In this document: positions 9,474 to 19,716 of the stretch, one piece after another
Numbering within the stretch: position 1 is the first letter of the stretch
How the letters are laid out: the number at the start of each line of letters is the position of its first letter
Assembly: GCA_965200315.1 (NCBI GenBank)
Contig: OZ241362.1
Coordinates: 3,712,001 to 3,776,000, forward strand
Reading direction: 5' to 3'
DNA from: Candidatus Latescibacterota bacterium
Lineage (GTDB): Bacteria > Latescibacterota > UBA2968 > UBA8231
Length of the DNA: 64,000 bases
Made by a program: the position numbers and the translations under genes
The notes under the pieces: model-generated
What the model was told of the DNA's origin: nothing
The model's input: only the letters and a program-made list of their open reading frames with translations
Database searches by the model: none

Positions 9474-9607
9474 CGAATAGGCTCTCTAATGTGATGTATG
9501 CACACCAATTTAGGATAAATGGTACGCTAGGTCAACGACGGGCCTGTTGACCTTTGGCAAGATCGAGCCCGCACCGCATATTTGCTCAAGCGACGAAGGA
9601 GCGCGAT

Positions 9608-10441
9608 ATGGAGCTAATAGGCAGGCGTTGCCTAGTAACCGGCGGTGGGCGCGGCATTGGCCGGGCCATTGCCTTGGCCTTGGCGCGGGAAGGGGCGCAC
9701 GTGGCAATTTTAGCCCGCACCGGATCAGAGCTAGACGAGACAGCCGCGCTTTTGGCAGACCAAGGCCAAAAAACAGCGTTGAAACTACCGGCGGATGTGG
9801 GGCGGCGCGAGGAAGTAGATGCGGCCATTGAGCGCGTACTCGCAGCTTGGGGTGGGGTCGATGTACTGGTCAACAACGCGGGAATTCAGGGGCCTATCGG
9901 TAGGGTGGAAGAGGTCGATCCAGAGGCTTGGATGCAGGTAGTGCAGGTCAACCTCGGCGGCTGTTTCTACTGCACCCGCAAGGTCTTGCCGGCCATGATC
10001 GCCCAGCACTACGGCAAGATCATCAACCTCTCGGGCGGCGGCGCGGTGGGGCCGCGGCCCTTCTTTAGTGCGTATAGTGCCTCCAAAGCCGCAGTCGTGC
10101 GCTTTAGCGAAAACTTGGCCGGAGAAGTGGCCGAACACGGCATTGACGTCAACGCCATGGCCCCTGGAGCGGTCAACACGCGGATGCTCGACCAACGACT
10201 AGCGGCCGGCGCGTCCGTAAGCGCAGAGGAACGGGAGCGAGATCAGCACCTGTTGCGCGAGGGCCACGCTACGGGCGAGCGAGCAGCCGCGCTGGCAGTC
10301 TATCTGGCCTCGGCGCGCTCAGACGGGCTGACGGGGCGGCTGCTATCCGCAGTTTGGGATCCGTGGGAAACCCTCGATGTCGAGGCGATTGTGGCCACAG
10401 AGACCTTTGCCGTGCGGCGCGTACCGCGGCAGGAGGACTGA
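9608..10441 (+). CDS. SDR-family oxidoreductase
   Basis: TGGGRGIG, VNNAG, YSASK. Confidence 0.95.
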   Translation: MELIGRRCLVTGGGRGIGRAIALALAREGAHVAILARTGSELDETAALLADQGQKTALKLPADVGRREEVDAAIERVLAAWGGVDVLVNNAGIQGPIGRVEEVDPEAWMQVVQVNLGGCFYCTRKVLPAMIAQHYGKIINLSGGGAVGPRPFFSAYSASKAAVVRFSENLAGEVAEHGIDVNAMAPGAVNTRMLDQRLAAGASVSAEERERDQHLLREGHATGERAAALAVYLASARSDGLTGRLLSAVWDPWETLDVEAIVATETFAVRRVPRQED

Positions 10442-11461
10442 GTGTACAAGGTCGGGATCGTCGGAGCGGGTCGCATGGGGCGGCGGCGAGCGGCCACGGC
10501 TAACGCCCATCCTGAGTCCGCAGTAACCCTGATCTACGACGAGTACGCGCCAGCCGCGGCCGAATTGGCCGCCGAATGCGGGGCCGCAGTCGCCGCTTCG
10601 CAGGAGGAGCTAATCACAGCCGATCTCGACATTGCGGTGGTCGCGACGACGCACGACGCCTTGGCTCCCATCAGCACCGCCGCCCTCTTGGCCGACAAAC
10701 ACGTCTTGTGCGAAAAGCCGCTGGGACGCAACCCCCAAGAAGCCCGGCAGGCCGTCGCCGCGGCCGAGCAAAGCGGGCGCGTACTCAAGGTCGGCTACAA
10801 CCACCGCTATCACCCTGCCATCCAAAAGCTACACGAAGTCTGCACGGCGGGCGGGATCGGTCCGCTGCTGAGCATCCGGGCGCACTATGGCCACGGCGGG
10901 CGGCCCGGCTACGACCGCGAGTGGCGGACCGATCCCGAAAAGGCGGGCGGCGGCGAGCTTTTAGACCAAGGGGCGCATCTAATCGACTTGGCCAAGTGGC
11001 TCTTGGGGGACTTTGCCGAAGTCACAGGCTATGCCGAGACCCACTTCTGGGACGCGCCCGTGGAGGACAACGCCTACGGTCTCTTTCGCACGGCCACCGG
11101 GCAGATCGCCTCGCTACACGCGAGCTGGACGCAGTGGAAAAACCTCTTCAGTTTCGAGGTTTTCGGACGCGACGGCTATGTCTCCGCCGCGGGCTTGGGG
11201 GGATTCTACGGGCCGGAACGCGCCATCGTGGGGCGGCGCAATCCCCAAGGCGGCGCACCCGACAGCGAGCATTTTGACTACCCGGATGAGGATCGCTCGT
11301 GGGAGCTGGAATGGGCCGATTTTTTGCGCGGTCTAGCCGGCGCGGGCACCCCTTATTCGCTTGGACGGGAGGCTTTGGAGACTATCGAGTGGATTGACCG
11401 ACTCTACCGGGCTGCTGCCGAGAGGCGCTCCGTACGGCGGGAAGAATCGCTAACCATATAG
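10442..11461 (+). CDS. Gfo/Idh/MocA-family oxidoreductase
   Basis: VGAGRMG, CEKP, GGGELLDQGAH. Confidence 0.93.
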   Translation: MYKVGIVGAGRMGRRRAATANAHPESAVTLIYDEYAPAAAELAAECGAAVAASQEELITADLDIAVVATTHDALAPISTAALLADKHVLCEKPLGRNPQEARQAVAAAEQSGRVLKVGYNHRYHPAIQKLHEVCTAGGIGPLLSIRAHYGHGGRPGYDREWRTDPEKAGGGELLDQGAHLIDLAKWLLGDFAEVTGYAETHFWDAPVEDNAYGLFRTATGQIASLHASWTQWKNLFSFEVFGRDGYVSAAGLGGFYGPERAIVGRRNPQGGAPDSEHFDYPDEDRSWELEWADFLRGLAGAGTPYSLGREALETIEWIDRLYRAAAERRSVRREESLTI

Positions 11462-11485
11462 AAAAAAACGAGTTGCGAACAGTGT

Positions 11486-11522
11486 AGTCGCCGCGCCACT
11501 AGGTGTGGCGATTATTTTTTTT
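11486..11522 (+). terminator. Probable intrinsic terminator
   Basis: Stem AGTCGCCGCGCC/GGTGTGGCGATT (with G-U pairs) followed by a T8 tract. Confidence 0.65.
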
Positions 11523-11697
11523 CGCACATGTCATTTTTTTAAAATTTTTGTGCAAAAATTTCTTACCATATAGATAGCTAGACGATAAACACTACTCTTT
11601 TGTCTATAGAAAGGAAGGGAAACCCTTTTAGACGAAGTGAAGAACCCTAAACCCATTATTCCGCATCTCAGATACCCTTAACCCCGCAGGAAGTGCT

Positions 11698-11949
11698 ATG
11701 AGAACAGATCAGGATACTGCCCAAGTGGAACGCATTGCGATGGCTTATAGACGCCTTGCTAACGCTATGATTCTCAGTACTTTACGCGAAATATCCAAGA
11801 TGGATGAGGTCGTGATAACCCCAGATGGCACCCCGGAGATGGCCTTTGTCGAAAGCTCTAGGATCGATCCTTGGTGCGAACTGGCTGGCCTCGAACCCGA
11901 AGTCGTGCGCAAGGCCGCTAAACGGCTGATAGAGGAACGAGCTTTTTAG
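11698..11949 (+). CDS. Small stand-alone hypothetical protein (83 aa)
   Basis: AGGA before ATG, AT-rich upstream region, own downstream terminator. Confidence 0.75.
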   Translation: MRTDQDTAQVERIAMAYRRLANAMILSTLREISKMDEVVITPDGTPEMAFVESSRIDPWCELAGLEPEVVRKAAKRLIEERAF

Positions 11950-11967
11950 CATCGCACAGCACAAACC

Positions 11968-12010
11968 AACAAAAAAGCTCCGGGACGAACACTCCCGGAG
12001 CTTTTTGTTT
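11968..12010. terminator. Bidirectional intrinsic terminator
   Basis: AAAAAAGCTCCGGGA...TCCCGGAGCTTTTTG between convergent genes. Confidence 0.85.
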
Positions 12011-14017
12011 TTAGTAGCCAGCGCGAAGCGTGGCGCTCGCGGCGTGGTCGAGGAGGCCGCGCACCACTTTTTCAGCATCGCGGTGACGTAGGTCCTCAAA
12101 GCGCAAGGCCCAGACGTGATCCCGGTACGCCATGTTGCGCAGTTCAATGAGGACTTTGACGTCAGCGGGGTTGTTGCGCAAGACCCCCAGCCCTTGCCCG
12201 CGGACGCGGGCACCAGCCCCTAAGGCCGGGAGCAGGGAGCGAGCGAACTGGCGCGAGACGCGATCTACGCGCCCACTCCTGCTGCTTTTGTAGTATAGAA
12301 CCAGTGGCACCTCTGGAGCCTTGGGGGAGCTATCGGCGTGGAGAGAAAGAAAGATGCGCCGGCCCCGTGGCGCATTGGCAAAGGCCTGACGGGCAATGCG
12401 CACACGAGTCGAAAGATTGCTGCCGCGCGGCCAAGCACTGAGCTTGTTGGTCTGGTTGTAAGCGGCTAGGTTGTACACTTCGTTTTTTTCGTTGACAAAA
12501 GTCTGGGTCGGCGGATCGTTTTGGCGGATTAGGTGGTTGGGGCTGAGTAGGGTCATGGTGACTTGGGCCCCGTGCAAGCGCGCTAAAACATAGACCCGTA
12601 GCGCGATGTCGAAGACGTACTCGTCCTCTACTACATAGAGCCTGTTGCCATTGCCGTCGCGGGTGCGAACCACTGCGCCCGGGTCCAGCCCGCCGTGCCC
12701 TGGATCGAGGACGATGTGCCATCCTTCCAACCGAGAGCTCAAGTGCCCCATGAGTCCAACCTTGATTTCAAATTCTCGCCACAGGCGCACTGCTTGGCGA
12801 TACGTCTGACGCGGCGAGCTTGGATGGCCCTCGTAATAGGTCTTGCTCTTCTGGCGCGCATTGCGGGGCCGAGAAAAGTAGTAAGGGCCATTGTCGGATG
12901 CGATTTTTGGCGTGTCAGCGCGGCGGATCTGTAGGTCGTCCCAATTGATCTCAGACAATTCTACCCAGCGCATTGGCCGCACCTTGAGCCGGTCGCCTGG
13001 ATGGATGACGGCGTTTCTCTTCAATTTGTTGATGCGGGTGATTTCGGCCACGCTCATCTGGTGCAGCCGGGCGATCTGCGCGAGGTAATCGCCCCGTTTC
13101 ACCACGTACGTGGCCAGCCGCGGGCCGCTCGCGGGCGCAGCACTCGGTTCGAGTTTCCAGTCGGAGTAGAGCTTGAGCTCTTGGCCTGGGTAGATGCGGT
13201 TTGACCGGAGACCGTTGAGTACCTTGAGGCGATAGACGCTGATGCCGTATGCGCGGGCAATCTCCCACAGCGCGTCCCCGCGCTCCACGATGTGTACCGT
13301 GCTCGCCGCGTCTTTGAGTCGCAGCTTCTGGCCGATGAGAATCCGGTCGCCATCAAGCGCGTTGAGGCGCTGCAATTGGCTGACCGAGACTCGATAGCGC
13401 CGGGCAATCTCAGTCAGGTTTTCGCCTTCTTGCACCACATGGACGGCTTCCTCTAACCGCGAAGCGCGCAGGCGGAGCTTTTGCCCGGGCCGAATGAGGT
13501 CGCTTTTGAGCTTGTTGAGCTGGCGCAGGAAACTCAAGCCCACGTCAAATCGCAGGGCGATTTTCGACAGGGTATCGCCCGGGCGAACCGTGTATTCGCG
13601 CAGCTCTTCATCTGGGTCGTCAATCGAGGCACTCCGAACGGGCGTGGCCGTTTGCAAGTAGAGCTTCTGCCCGACGTGGATGACGTTCCTATTGAGGCGG
13701 TTGAGTGCCTTGAGCTTATAGACCGGGACGGCGAACTGCCGAGCTATTTTCGAGAGCGTGTCGCCGCGCCGGACGCGATACCAATCGCCGCTTTTTACTG
13801 GCGGACCAACTTTGAGACTCTGGCCAGCGTATATCCTATTGCTGCGGAGCTTGTTCCAGCGCTTGATTTGCCTCTGCGAGGTTCGGTAGCGCGCAGCAAT
13901 CTCAGAGAGCGTATCCCCTCGTTTGACCGCGTGGACGATTGGACTCCTGCGCTCGGCGGCGTCCAGTGCAAAAGCACACAAGAGCAGCGCCACCAAGATG
14001 TAAATCGGGCGCGACAT
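12011..14017 (-). CDS. N-acetylmuramoyl-L-alanine amidase (Amidase_3) with six LysM domains
   Basis: Signal peptide; six '(H/Y)xVxxG(D/E)xLxxIA' repeats; LDPGHGG, SLHAD and VLIE catalytic motifs. Confidence 0.92.
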   Translation of the reverse strand: MSRPIYILVALLLCAFALDAAERRSPIVHAVKRGDTLSEIAARYRTSQRQIKRWNKLRSNRIYAGQSLKVGPPVKSGDWYRVRRGDTLSKIARQFAVPVYKLKALNRLNRNVIHVGQKLYLQTATPVRSASIDDPDEELREYTVRPGDTLSKIALRFDVGLSFLRQLNKLKSDLIRPGQKLRLRASRLEEAVHVVQEGENLTEIARRYRVSVSQLQRLNALDGDRILIGQKLRLKDAASTVHIVERGDALWEIARAYGISVYRLKVLNGLRSNRIYPGQELKLYSDWKLEPSAAPASGPRLATYVVKRGDYLAQIARLHQMSVAEITRINKLKRNAVIHPGDRLKVRPMRWVELSEINWDDLQIRRADTPKIASDNGPYYFSRPRNARQKSKTYYEGHPSSPRQTYRQAVRLWREFEIKVGLMGHLSSRLEGWHIVLDPGHGGLDPGAVVRTRDGNGNRLYVVEDEYVFDIALRVYVLARLHGAQVTMTLLSPNHLIRQNDPPTQTFVNEKNEVYNLAAYNQTNKLSAWPRGSNLSTRVRIARQAFANAPRGRRIFLSLHADSSPKAPEVPLVLYYKSSRSGRVDRVSRQFARSLLPALGAGARVRGQGLGVLRNNPADVKVLIELRNMAYRDHVWALRFEDLRHRDAEKVVRGLLDHAASATLRAGY

Positions 14018-14142
14018 GGACTAACTATTAATTGGAAAACAAGGGAAGGGGTTTTGCAGGGGTTTTGCAAGTATAAGGTCATTAAGGCTATTGCGCAAAG
14101 ACTACTTGTTGGCCACAGAGGAGCAACCTATACTTCGCCTCC

Positions 14143-15543
14143 ATGAATGAAGCTAAGCTGCCTTCGGTAGATCAGATGCTCAAGCAGGTCGCCGACCTCT
14201 CGCAAGAGTACGATCGCGCCTATGTCGTCGAGCAGGTGCGCCGCTGTATTGCGGATGTGCGTTGCCAAGTGCGAGCGGGCACTGTAGATGAGGAGCGGGC
14301 GGCCTTGGATGTGCGGATCGAGCGGGCCGTACGCCACTGTATCGAGCGAGATGCTGCGCCCCGGCTGCACCGCATTGTCAATGCTACCGGCGTGGTGCTG
14401 CACACCGGATTGGGCCGGGCGCCGCTGCCCCAAGCGGCCCAAGAGGCCGTCGCACGGGTGGCCACTGGCTATTGCAACCTCGAATTTGAGCTGGAGTCGG
14501 GCAAACGCGGCGAGCGCGTTGCACACGTCGAAACTCTTATATGCTCGGCGACCGCTGCGGAAGCTGCTGCCGTGGTCAACAACAACGCCGCCGCCGTGCT
14601 CCTGCTGCTCGACACCTTGGCGCGGGGCCGAGAAGTGGTGGTCTCGCGGGGGCAACAAGTCGAGATCGGCGGCTCATTCCGCCTGCCCGAGATCATCGCG
14701 GCCAGCGGGGCCAAACTGCGCGAGGTCGGCACGACGAACCGCACGCACTTGCGCGACTACGAGCGCGCCGTCGGCCCGGAAACCGGTGCTATTTTAGTGG
14801 TGCATCCGAGCAATTACAGGGTGCAGGGCTTTACCGCCGAGGTGGACCTAAAGGACTTGGCCGCTCTGAGTCAGCGTGCGGAAGTGCCGCTGGTCCACGA
14901 CTTAGGGAGTGGTGCCTTGGTCGATCTGGAGCAGTGGGGGCTGCCACCCGAGCCGGTGGTTTCCTCCAGTCTCAAGGCCGGAGCGGCCGTGGTCAGCTTT
15001 AGCGGCGATAAAGTGCTGGGCGGGCCGCAAGCCGGTATCATCGCCGGCCAGCGTCCCTATGTAGAGCAGGTGCGCCAAAATCCGCTCATGCGCGCCCTGC
15101 GCTGCGACAAGCTGATTTACGCTGCACTCGAAGCGGTATTATCGCTCTATCGCCTACCGCCGGATAAGCTAACACAGGCCCTGCCAACACTGGCCATGCT
15201 GCGGGCAACGGTTGAGACGCTGGAAGAGCGCGCTCAGAGGCTGGTGTCCCTTTTGCCCGAGGAAGTCTGCCGCGCCCTGCGCCCCGAAGTGGTCGAATCG
15301 CTAGCGCAAGCCGGCAGCGGGTCCTTGCCCCTAGCCGAGATTACCAGCCGGGCCGTGGCCCTCCAGCCAAGCGCGGTCCGGGTCGAGCCGCTAGGTCGCC
15401 AACTCAGGCGACAGGGCGTAGTCGGTCGCATCGCCCGCGAGCGGCTCCTGCTCGACATGCGCACCGTGCATGACGACGAGGTGGAATGGATCGCCCAAGC
15501 ATTGTTGCACGTTGCTGCGCAGCAAAAACTGCGCTGTTGCTAG
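14143..15543 (+). CDS. selA: L-seryl-tRNA(Sec) selenium transferase
   Basis: NATGVVLHTGLGRAP, VNNNAAA, EIGGSFR, EVGTTNRT, FSGDKVLGGPQAG. Confidence 0.96.
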   Translation: MNEAKLPSVDQMLKQVADLSQEYDRAYVVEQVRRCIADVRCQVRAGTVDEERAALDVRIERAVRHCIERDAAPRLHRIVNATGVVLHTGLGRAPLPQAAQEAVARVATGYCNLEFELESGKRGERVAHVETLICSATAAEAAAVVNNNAAAVLLLLDTLARGREVVVSRGQQVEIGGSFRLPEIIAASGAKLREVGTTNRTHLRDYERAVGPETGAILVVHPSNYRVQGFTAEVDLKDLAALSQRAEVPLVHDLGSGALVDLEQWGLPPEPVVSSSLKAGAAVVSFSGDKVLGGPQAGIIAGQRPYVEQVRQNPLMRALRCDKLIYAALEAVLSLYRLPPDKLTQALPTLAMLRATVETLEERAQRLVSLLPEEVCRALRPEVVESLAQAGSGSLPLAEITSRAVALQPSAVRVEPLGRQLRRQGVVGRIARERLLLDMRTVHDDEVEWIAQALLHVAAQQKLRCC

Positions 15544-15935
15544 CCGCTTGGCTGCTCAGCGGCTGCGGCGGCAAAGACCCCACCGCACCGCTTGCACCTG
15601 CGCCCTCCGAACCGGCCGGCCGGGCCGGTACCATCGCGGTCGCCAACCACACCGCTTACGATCTCGAAGTGGCGTATCTCAACGAGACTGATGAGGACGC
15701 GCCGCGGATCGTGCGCACCCACGTACCGGCCGGCCAGCGCACGGAGGTTTCGGGCGGGGTGCTGCCAGCAGATCTAGAGGTGGAATTCGACTTGGTACTC
15801 GTTCCAAGCACGGCAGACGGGATTCGGGTGCGGCGCAAGATTCGGGTCGCGATTGACGGCGATTGGATCTTAAATGTGCGCTTGGCGGACGAATCCGATC
15901 CCTTCAGCCTAGAAGTTACCAGCGCACCTCCATAG
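15486..15935 (+). CDS. Hypothetical lipoprotein
   Basis: Hydrophobic stretch with lipobox LLSG-C; start codon uncertain. Confidence 0.65.
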   Translation: MDRPSIVARCCAAKTALLLAAWLLSGCGGKDPTAPLAPAPSEPAGRAGTIAVANHTAYDLEVAYLNETDEDAPRIVRTHVPAGQRTEVSGGVLPADLEVEFDLVLVPSTADGIRVRRKIRVAIDGDWILNVRLADESDPFSLEVTSAPP

Positions 15936-16106
15936 GCTTCATAGAGCGCGCAATATTTTCGCTTGCTTTATCGCGGGGTGGGTTTTACGTTTGATAACCC
16001 CACGATGAATTTCAGCACTTTCCCCTTGCATAATTTCACAAGAGTAGCTCCTGATAGTCTATAGTTGTGCTGCTCGTTTTGGCACAGCTATGAGGATCAA
16101 AAACCT

Positions 16107-17078
16107 ATGGTGTTGGACATCCGCGATTTGCGCCAACAGGTTGCGCCAGTCGCCGAAACATCGCTAGACCAATTGCTCCACGGCGAACAGGCCCAAGTGC
16201 TCAGCGCGGACGATTTGGAGCAACTCTTGACCATCGCCGAGGACTCGGGCGACAGCCGACGGCTAACGGCCATCGACATCTTGAATCAGCACCGCTCTTG
16301 GCTGTCTTCGCTACGCCTGCTGCGCCGAATCGTGCGGTTGGCGCATAAGGAACTCGATTCCCGACCAGCCGCGACCTTGGTGCAAGCACTGCGCCAATGC
16401 GACGAAGTCGCCCAATTTCTAACCAGCAAAGAGCGTGCGGTCGCTCGCGAAGCAGCACGAGGTGTGCCGATCAGCCGTCAGACCCTCGCCCCGATCACTG
16501 AGGCACTAGCGGCGGGCCTTCCAGCCGACATCACGACCTTATTACTCGACAAAATTCGCCGCACTCATCCATCTATGGTGCCCTATGCAGTCGATTGCCT
16601 CCTCAAGTGCGACCCCAATGAGAGCCTCTTGCGTGCGTTCTTGGCGCACTTACCGCAGATACCGCTCTTCGCGCTCTTTGTCGAGGCCGGGCTGCCTCAG
16701 ACCACCCGCGTCTGGCAACGGGCAGCGCGGATAGCCGCTGAAATTCTCCAAGAGGCCCCATCGGCCAAGCTGCTGCGCCACCTGCTCAGCAAGTGCGGCG
16801 AGGACGCAGCTTTCGCCCGCAACCACACCCGCTTCCTGCACCGAATCGCCCAACGCGCCGACACGTCGTCGGACGCCGATTTAATCGGCCACTTTGAGCG
16901 GCTCACTTCCGGTGCCTCCGAAGACAAGGTCGCTCGCCTAGCACAACTATTAGTCGGGTTAAGTGGGAGACTCGACGGCCAAGCAGGGCAGCAAGCGGCA
17001 GCTCTGCTAGAAAATTGGAAATCTCGCTCGGCTTCGCTCAAACTCAAGATCTATCACTTAGAGCAAGGCATCCGCTGA
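16107..17078 (+). CDS. Hypothetical all-helical (HEAT/ARM-like) protein
   Basis: Long Leu/Ala-rich ORF, GAGGA before ATG 16107, followed by a terminator. Confidence 0.65.
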   Translation: MVLDIRDLRQQVAPVAETSLDQLLHGEQAQVLSADDLEQLLTIAEDSGDSRRLTAIDILNQHRSWLSSLRLLRRIVRLAHKELDSRPAATLVQALRQCDEVAQFLTSKERAVAREAARGVPISRQTLAPITEALAAGLPADITTLLLDKIRRTHPSMVPYAVDCLLKCDPNESLLRAFLAHLPQIPLFALFVEAGLPQTTRVWQRAARIAAEILQEAPSAKLLRHLLSKCGEDAAFARNHTRFLHRIAQRADTSSDADLIGHFERLTSGASEDKVARLAQLLVGLSGRLDGQAGQQAAALLENWKSRSASLKLKIYHLEQGIR

Positions 17079-17104
17079 GCACTTATTCCAATCCGAGTCT
17101 CCCC

Positions 17105-17139
17105 AAGGGCCGTTCGTCGACGGGCGAACGGCCTTTTTA
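17105..17139. terminator. Intrinsic terminator between convergent genes
   Basis: GGCCGTTCGTC/GGCGAACGGCC stem followed by TTTTT. Confidence 0.75.
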
Positions 17140-18210
17140 TTTGTGTACGCGCCACAGCAACACCAAGGCCAAGACGGCGAACAACAGGTTGGCTATCCAC
17201 GCGCCTAGCCAAGGCGAGAGGATTTGATTCCAACCGAGGGCTTGGCCGGCCTTGACGCAACTGTAATAAACAAAGCAGATCAGGACCCCCAAGCCGAAGC
17301 TGTTGGCCAGACCGGCGCGGCGGGCGTTGGCACCGAGAATTGCGCCGAGGGCAATGATGATGAAGCTGGTCAGGGGAAAGGATATTTTCAGGTGCAAATC
17401 GACGCGCTGGCGCGCGGCGTCCTCTCCGTTGAGCGTGGCGCGGGCGATGTAGTCGGCCAGCTCGGCGTAGCTCATTTCCTCGGGGTCCTTCTGCTGGCGA
17501 GCAAAGTCGCTGGGAAGCAACGACAAGCTCGGCAAGGATAGGGTATCAAAGGAAGAAGTCGCCACGGCTTCGTCCGCGGCAAAGTGAAAGCGGCGGCCTT
17601 CAAAGAGCACCCACGTGCCCTCCCGCCACTCCATGCGCCGAGCCACCGTGCGCTCCAGCGGCGCGTTGTCGTGCAGCCGCTCCCAAGACACTTCGTCGGC
17701 GCGTTGCCGCCCCGCATCGTAGCTGCGGGCGTACAAGAACTGGTTGCCCGCATCTTGGAGCAGGACTTGGCGGCGAGACCCATCGCTGCGATGGTAGGAC
17801 TTAATCTCATCGCTGATTTGATTGTACCGATAGGTCGCAGACGGCACCACCCAATCGGTAAAGAAAAAGGCCGCGACCGCAACGGCGAGCGCACACGCCA
17901 AGACCGGGGCCAGTAGGCGATACAGACTAATGCCAGTAGCCTTCATGGCGGTGATTTCGTTTTGGCGCGCCAAGCTAGTAAAAGAAAAAAGCGCGGCGAG
18001 CAGCGCGGCGATGGGCAGGGTCAAGATGAGCCAGTACGGGAGCCGATAGACATAGTAGAGTAAGATCTGCTTGGGACGAGCTTTAAAGTCGATAAACGTG
18101 TCGATGTTTTCGGTGAGGTCGATAATCACCGCAATGAGCAGCAGACTGACCACGGCCATCCCCAGACACAACAGAAAGCGGCGCGTCAGATAGAGGTCGA
18201 GGGTGCGCAT
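17137..18210 (-). CDS. lptG: LPS export permease LptG (LptF/LptG family)
   Basis: 'LDLYL' start, 'QNEITAMKATGISLYR', 'PEEMSYAEL', 'LSPWLGAWIAN'. Confidence 0.88.
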   Translation of the reverse strand: MRTLDLYLTRRFLLCLGMAVVSLLLIAVIIDLTENIDTFIDFKARPKQILLYYVYRLPYWLILTLPIAALLAALFSFTSLARQNEITAMKATGISLYRLLAPVLACALAVAVAAFFFTDWVVPSATYRYNQISDEIKSYHRSDGSRRQVLLQDAGNQFLYARSYDAGRQRADEVSWERLHDNAPLERTVARRMEWREGTWVLFEGRRFHFAADEAVATSSFDTLSLPSLSLLPSDFARQQKDPEEMSYAELADYIARATLNGEDAARQRVDLHLKISFPLTSFIIIALGAILGANARRAGLANSFGLGVLICFVYYSCVKAGQALGWNQILSPWLGAWIANLLFAVLALVLLWRVHK

Positions 18211-18211
18211 C

Positions 18212-19510
18212 TCAGGCTTCTTTCGTCCCTCGGCGGCCAGCGCGGTCGTACGCGACCACCCGCAACAGCCCCCATCCGACGAGAGCCAAAACCCCATTGG
18301 GTGCCCACATCGCCAACGGCGGTGGAATATAGCCGCGGTCGGCCAACTCCTCGCCGCCGATGAGGAACATCCAGTAGATCCAAAAGAAGAACAGGCTGAT
18401 GCCGACAGAGACGGCCGCGCCGCGCCGGCGAATCAGCGCACCCAATGGGGCACCGACCAGCGCGAAGACCAAGCAAGCGGCCGGGATGGATAGCTTCTTG
18501 TGAATCTCGACCAAGTACTCGTTTATCCGCCCCGCGCGGCGGTCTATATGCCGCCACTGTCGGCGCAGGGACTCGACCACCTGTTCCCCTTCTCTCTCTA
18601 GCTCGCTGGCCGTAGAGTCGGCAAACTGGCTTTGGTGTAGTTCGAGGTAGCGTGCGGCAATCGAATCGAGGCGGCCGTAGGCGCGCTCTTGCTCGCGCCG
18701 CCGCTTTAGCACCAAGCGGTGCATGGACGCAATGTCTAGCTCGCGATCGCTGCGGTAGGACGAGGGGCGGTGTTCGTAGCGGCGGTGCTCATCCTTGATG
18801 TGCAGCACTTGACGGGCAAAAGTGCCGAAGAAAAAGCGTTCCTCTTGGCCGGCTTCGACGCGCTGGACATGGCCCTCCTCCAGTTCCAAGCGGATGTAAG
18901 CCCCATCGCCCAACAGCGCGAGGCGGCCCCTAGGGGCGTGGACAATCACCGGCGGCCCGGGGCGCGAGGCGTCGTAGAGTGTGATGCCGGCCAGTTCGTT
19001 AGTCTCCGGGTCAATCTGGCGGATCAGTACGTGATAATCGCCCAAGTCGGGTATGAAGACCCCTTCCTTTTCCCGCAGCACCAAGGCCGCTTTGGTCCGT
19101 TGCAAGCTCGATGACAGAACGCGGGCTTGGTGGTTCCAGTCCGGGAGAATCTGGTCGTTAAAAAGGACCATCAACAAGGTCAGCAAAAAAGCGGCTACCA
19201 GCACCGGCCGCAGGAGCAGCCAAAAGCTCACCCCGCAGGCTTTGGCCGCGATGATTTCCCCGTCGGCAGCGAGGCGGGCAAAGGCCATGATCACGGCGAT
19301 GAGTACGGCCATGGGCACGGCTAGCGCCACGATCCAAGCCAAGTTGAAGAGCAAAAGTTGGAGTGCCGCCAAGAGAGTTAGTCCCTTGCTCAACACTTGG
19401 TCCATCGTCTGCAATACGACGTCGATTAGCAAGATGAAGAGGATCAGCACAAAGCCGAGCGCAAAGGGCCAACCGTGCTCTTTGAGCACATAGCGGGACA
19501 GGGTCGTCAT
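18212..19510 (-). CDS. lptF: LPS export permease LptF (LptF/LptG family)
   Basis: 'LSRYVLKE', 'RLAADGEIIAAKACGVS', 'EIHKKLSIPAACLVF', 'AMWAPN'. Confidence 0.88.
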   Translation of the reverse strand: MTTLSRYVLKEHGWPFALGFVLILFILLIDVVLQTMDQVLSKGLTLLAALQLLLFNLAWIVALAVPMAVLIAVIMAFARLAADGEIIAAKACGVSFWLLLRPVLVAAFLLTLLMVLFNDQILPDWNHQARVLSSSLQRTKAALVLREKEGVFIPDLGDYHVLIRQIDPETNELAGITLYDASRPGPPVIVHAPRGRLALLGDGAYIRLELEEGHVQRVEAGQEERFFFGTFARQVLHIKDEHRRYEHRPSSYRSDRELDIASMHRLVLKRRREQERAYGRLDSIAARYLELHQSQFADSTASELEREGEQVVESLRRQWRHIDRRAGRINEYLVEIHKKLSIPAACLVFALVGAPLGALIRRRGAAVSVGISLFFFWIYWMFLIGGEELADRGYIPPPLAMWAPNGVLALVGWGLLRVVAYDRAGRRGTKEA

Positions 19511-19681
19511 GGGTCGAAAGGGTTACGGGGCTGTGGCGCTCAGCACTCAAGGCACCTTGTTGCAAGCGGCGCGCACTCGGACGAGCACGGGCCTAGTTCC
19601 CTCAAATATAACGACTTAGGCCGCCGTCTAAAAAATCACCCCCCACGCTGTGCAATAGGAATGATTTTTGCAAGAGCTTCC

Positions 19682-19710
19682 TTGAAATAATTGCAGCCAC
19701 GTGCTATGTT
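19682..19710 (+). promoter_or_regulatory. Putative sigma70 promoter for the sprA transcript
   Basis: TTGAAA-17 bp-TATGTT with extended -10 TG. Confidence 0.55.
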
Positions 19711-19716
19711 TTCAGG

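Noticed and set aside
12970-13935. Repeated ~150-nt units in the amidase gene
   Set aside because: Ordinary LysM domain repeats
14143-15543. Selenoprotein genes implied by selA (checked the glutaredoxin at 47944 and the TGA at 59852)
   Set aside because: The glutaredoxin has an ordinary Cys (CGWS); TGA 59852 is not at a redox-Cys position and the downstream frame decays
15960-16095. Two hairpins upstream of the gene at 16107 as a riboswitch
   Set aside because: Simple isolated stems with no recognisable aptamer motifs; insufficient evidence
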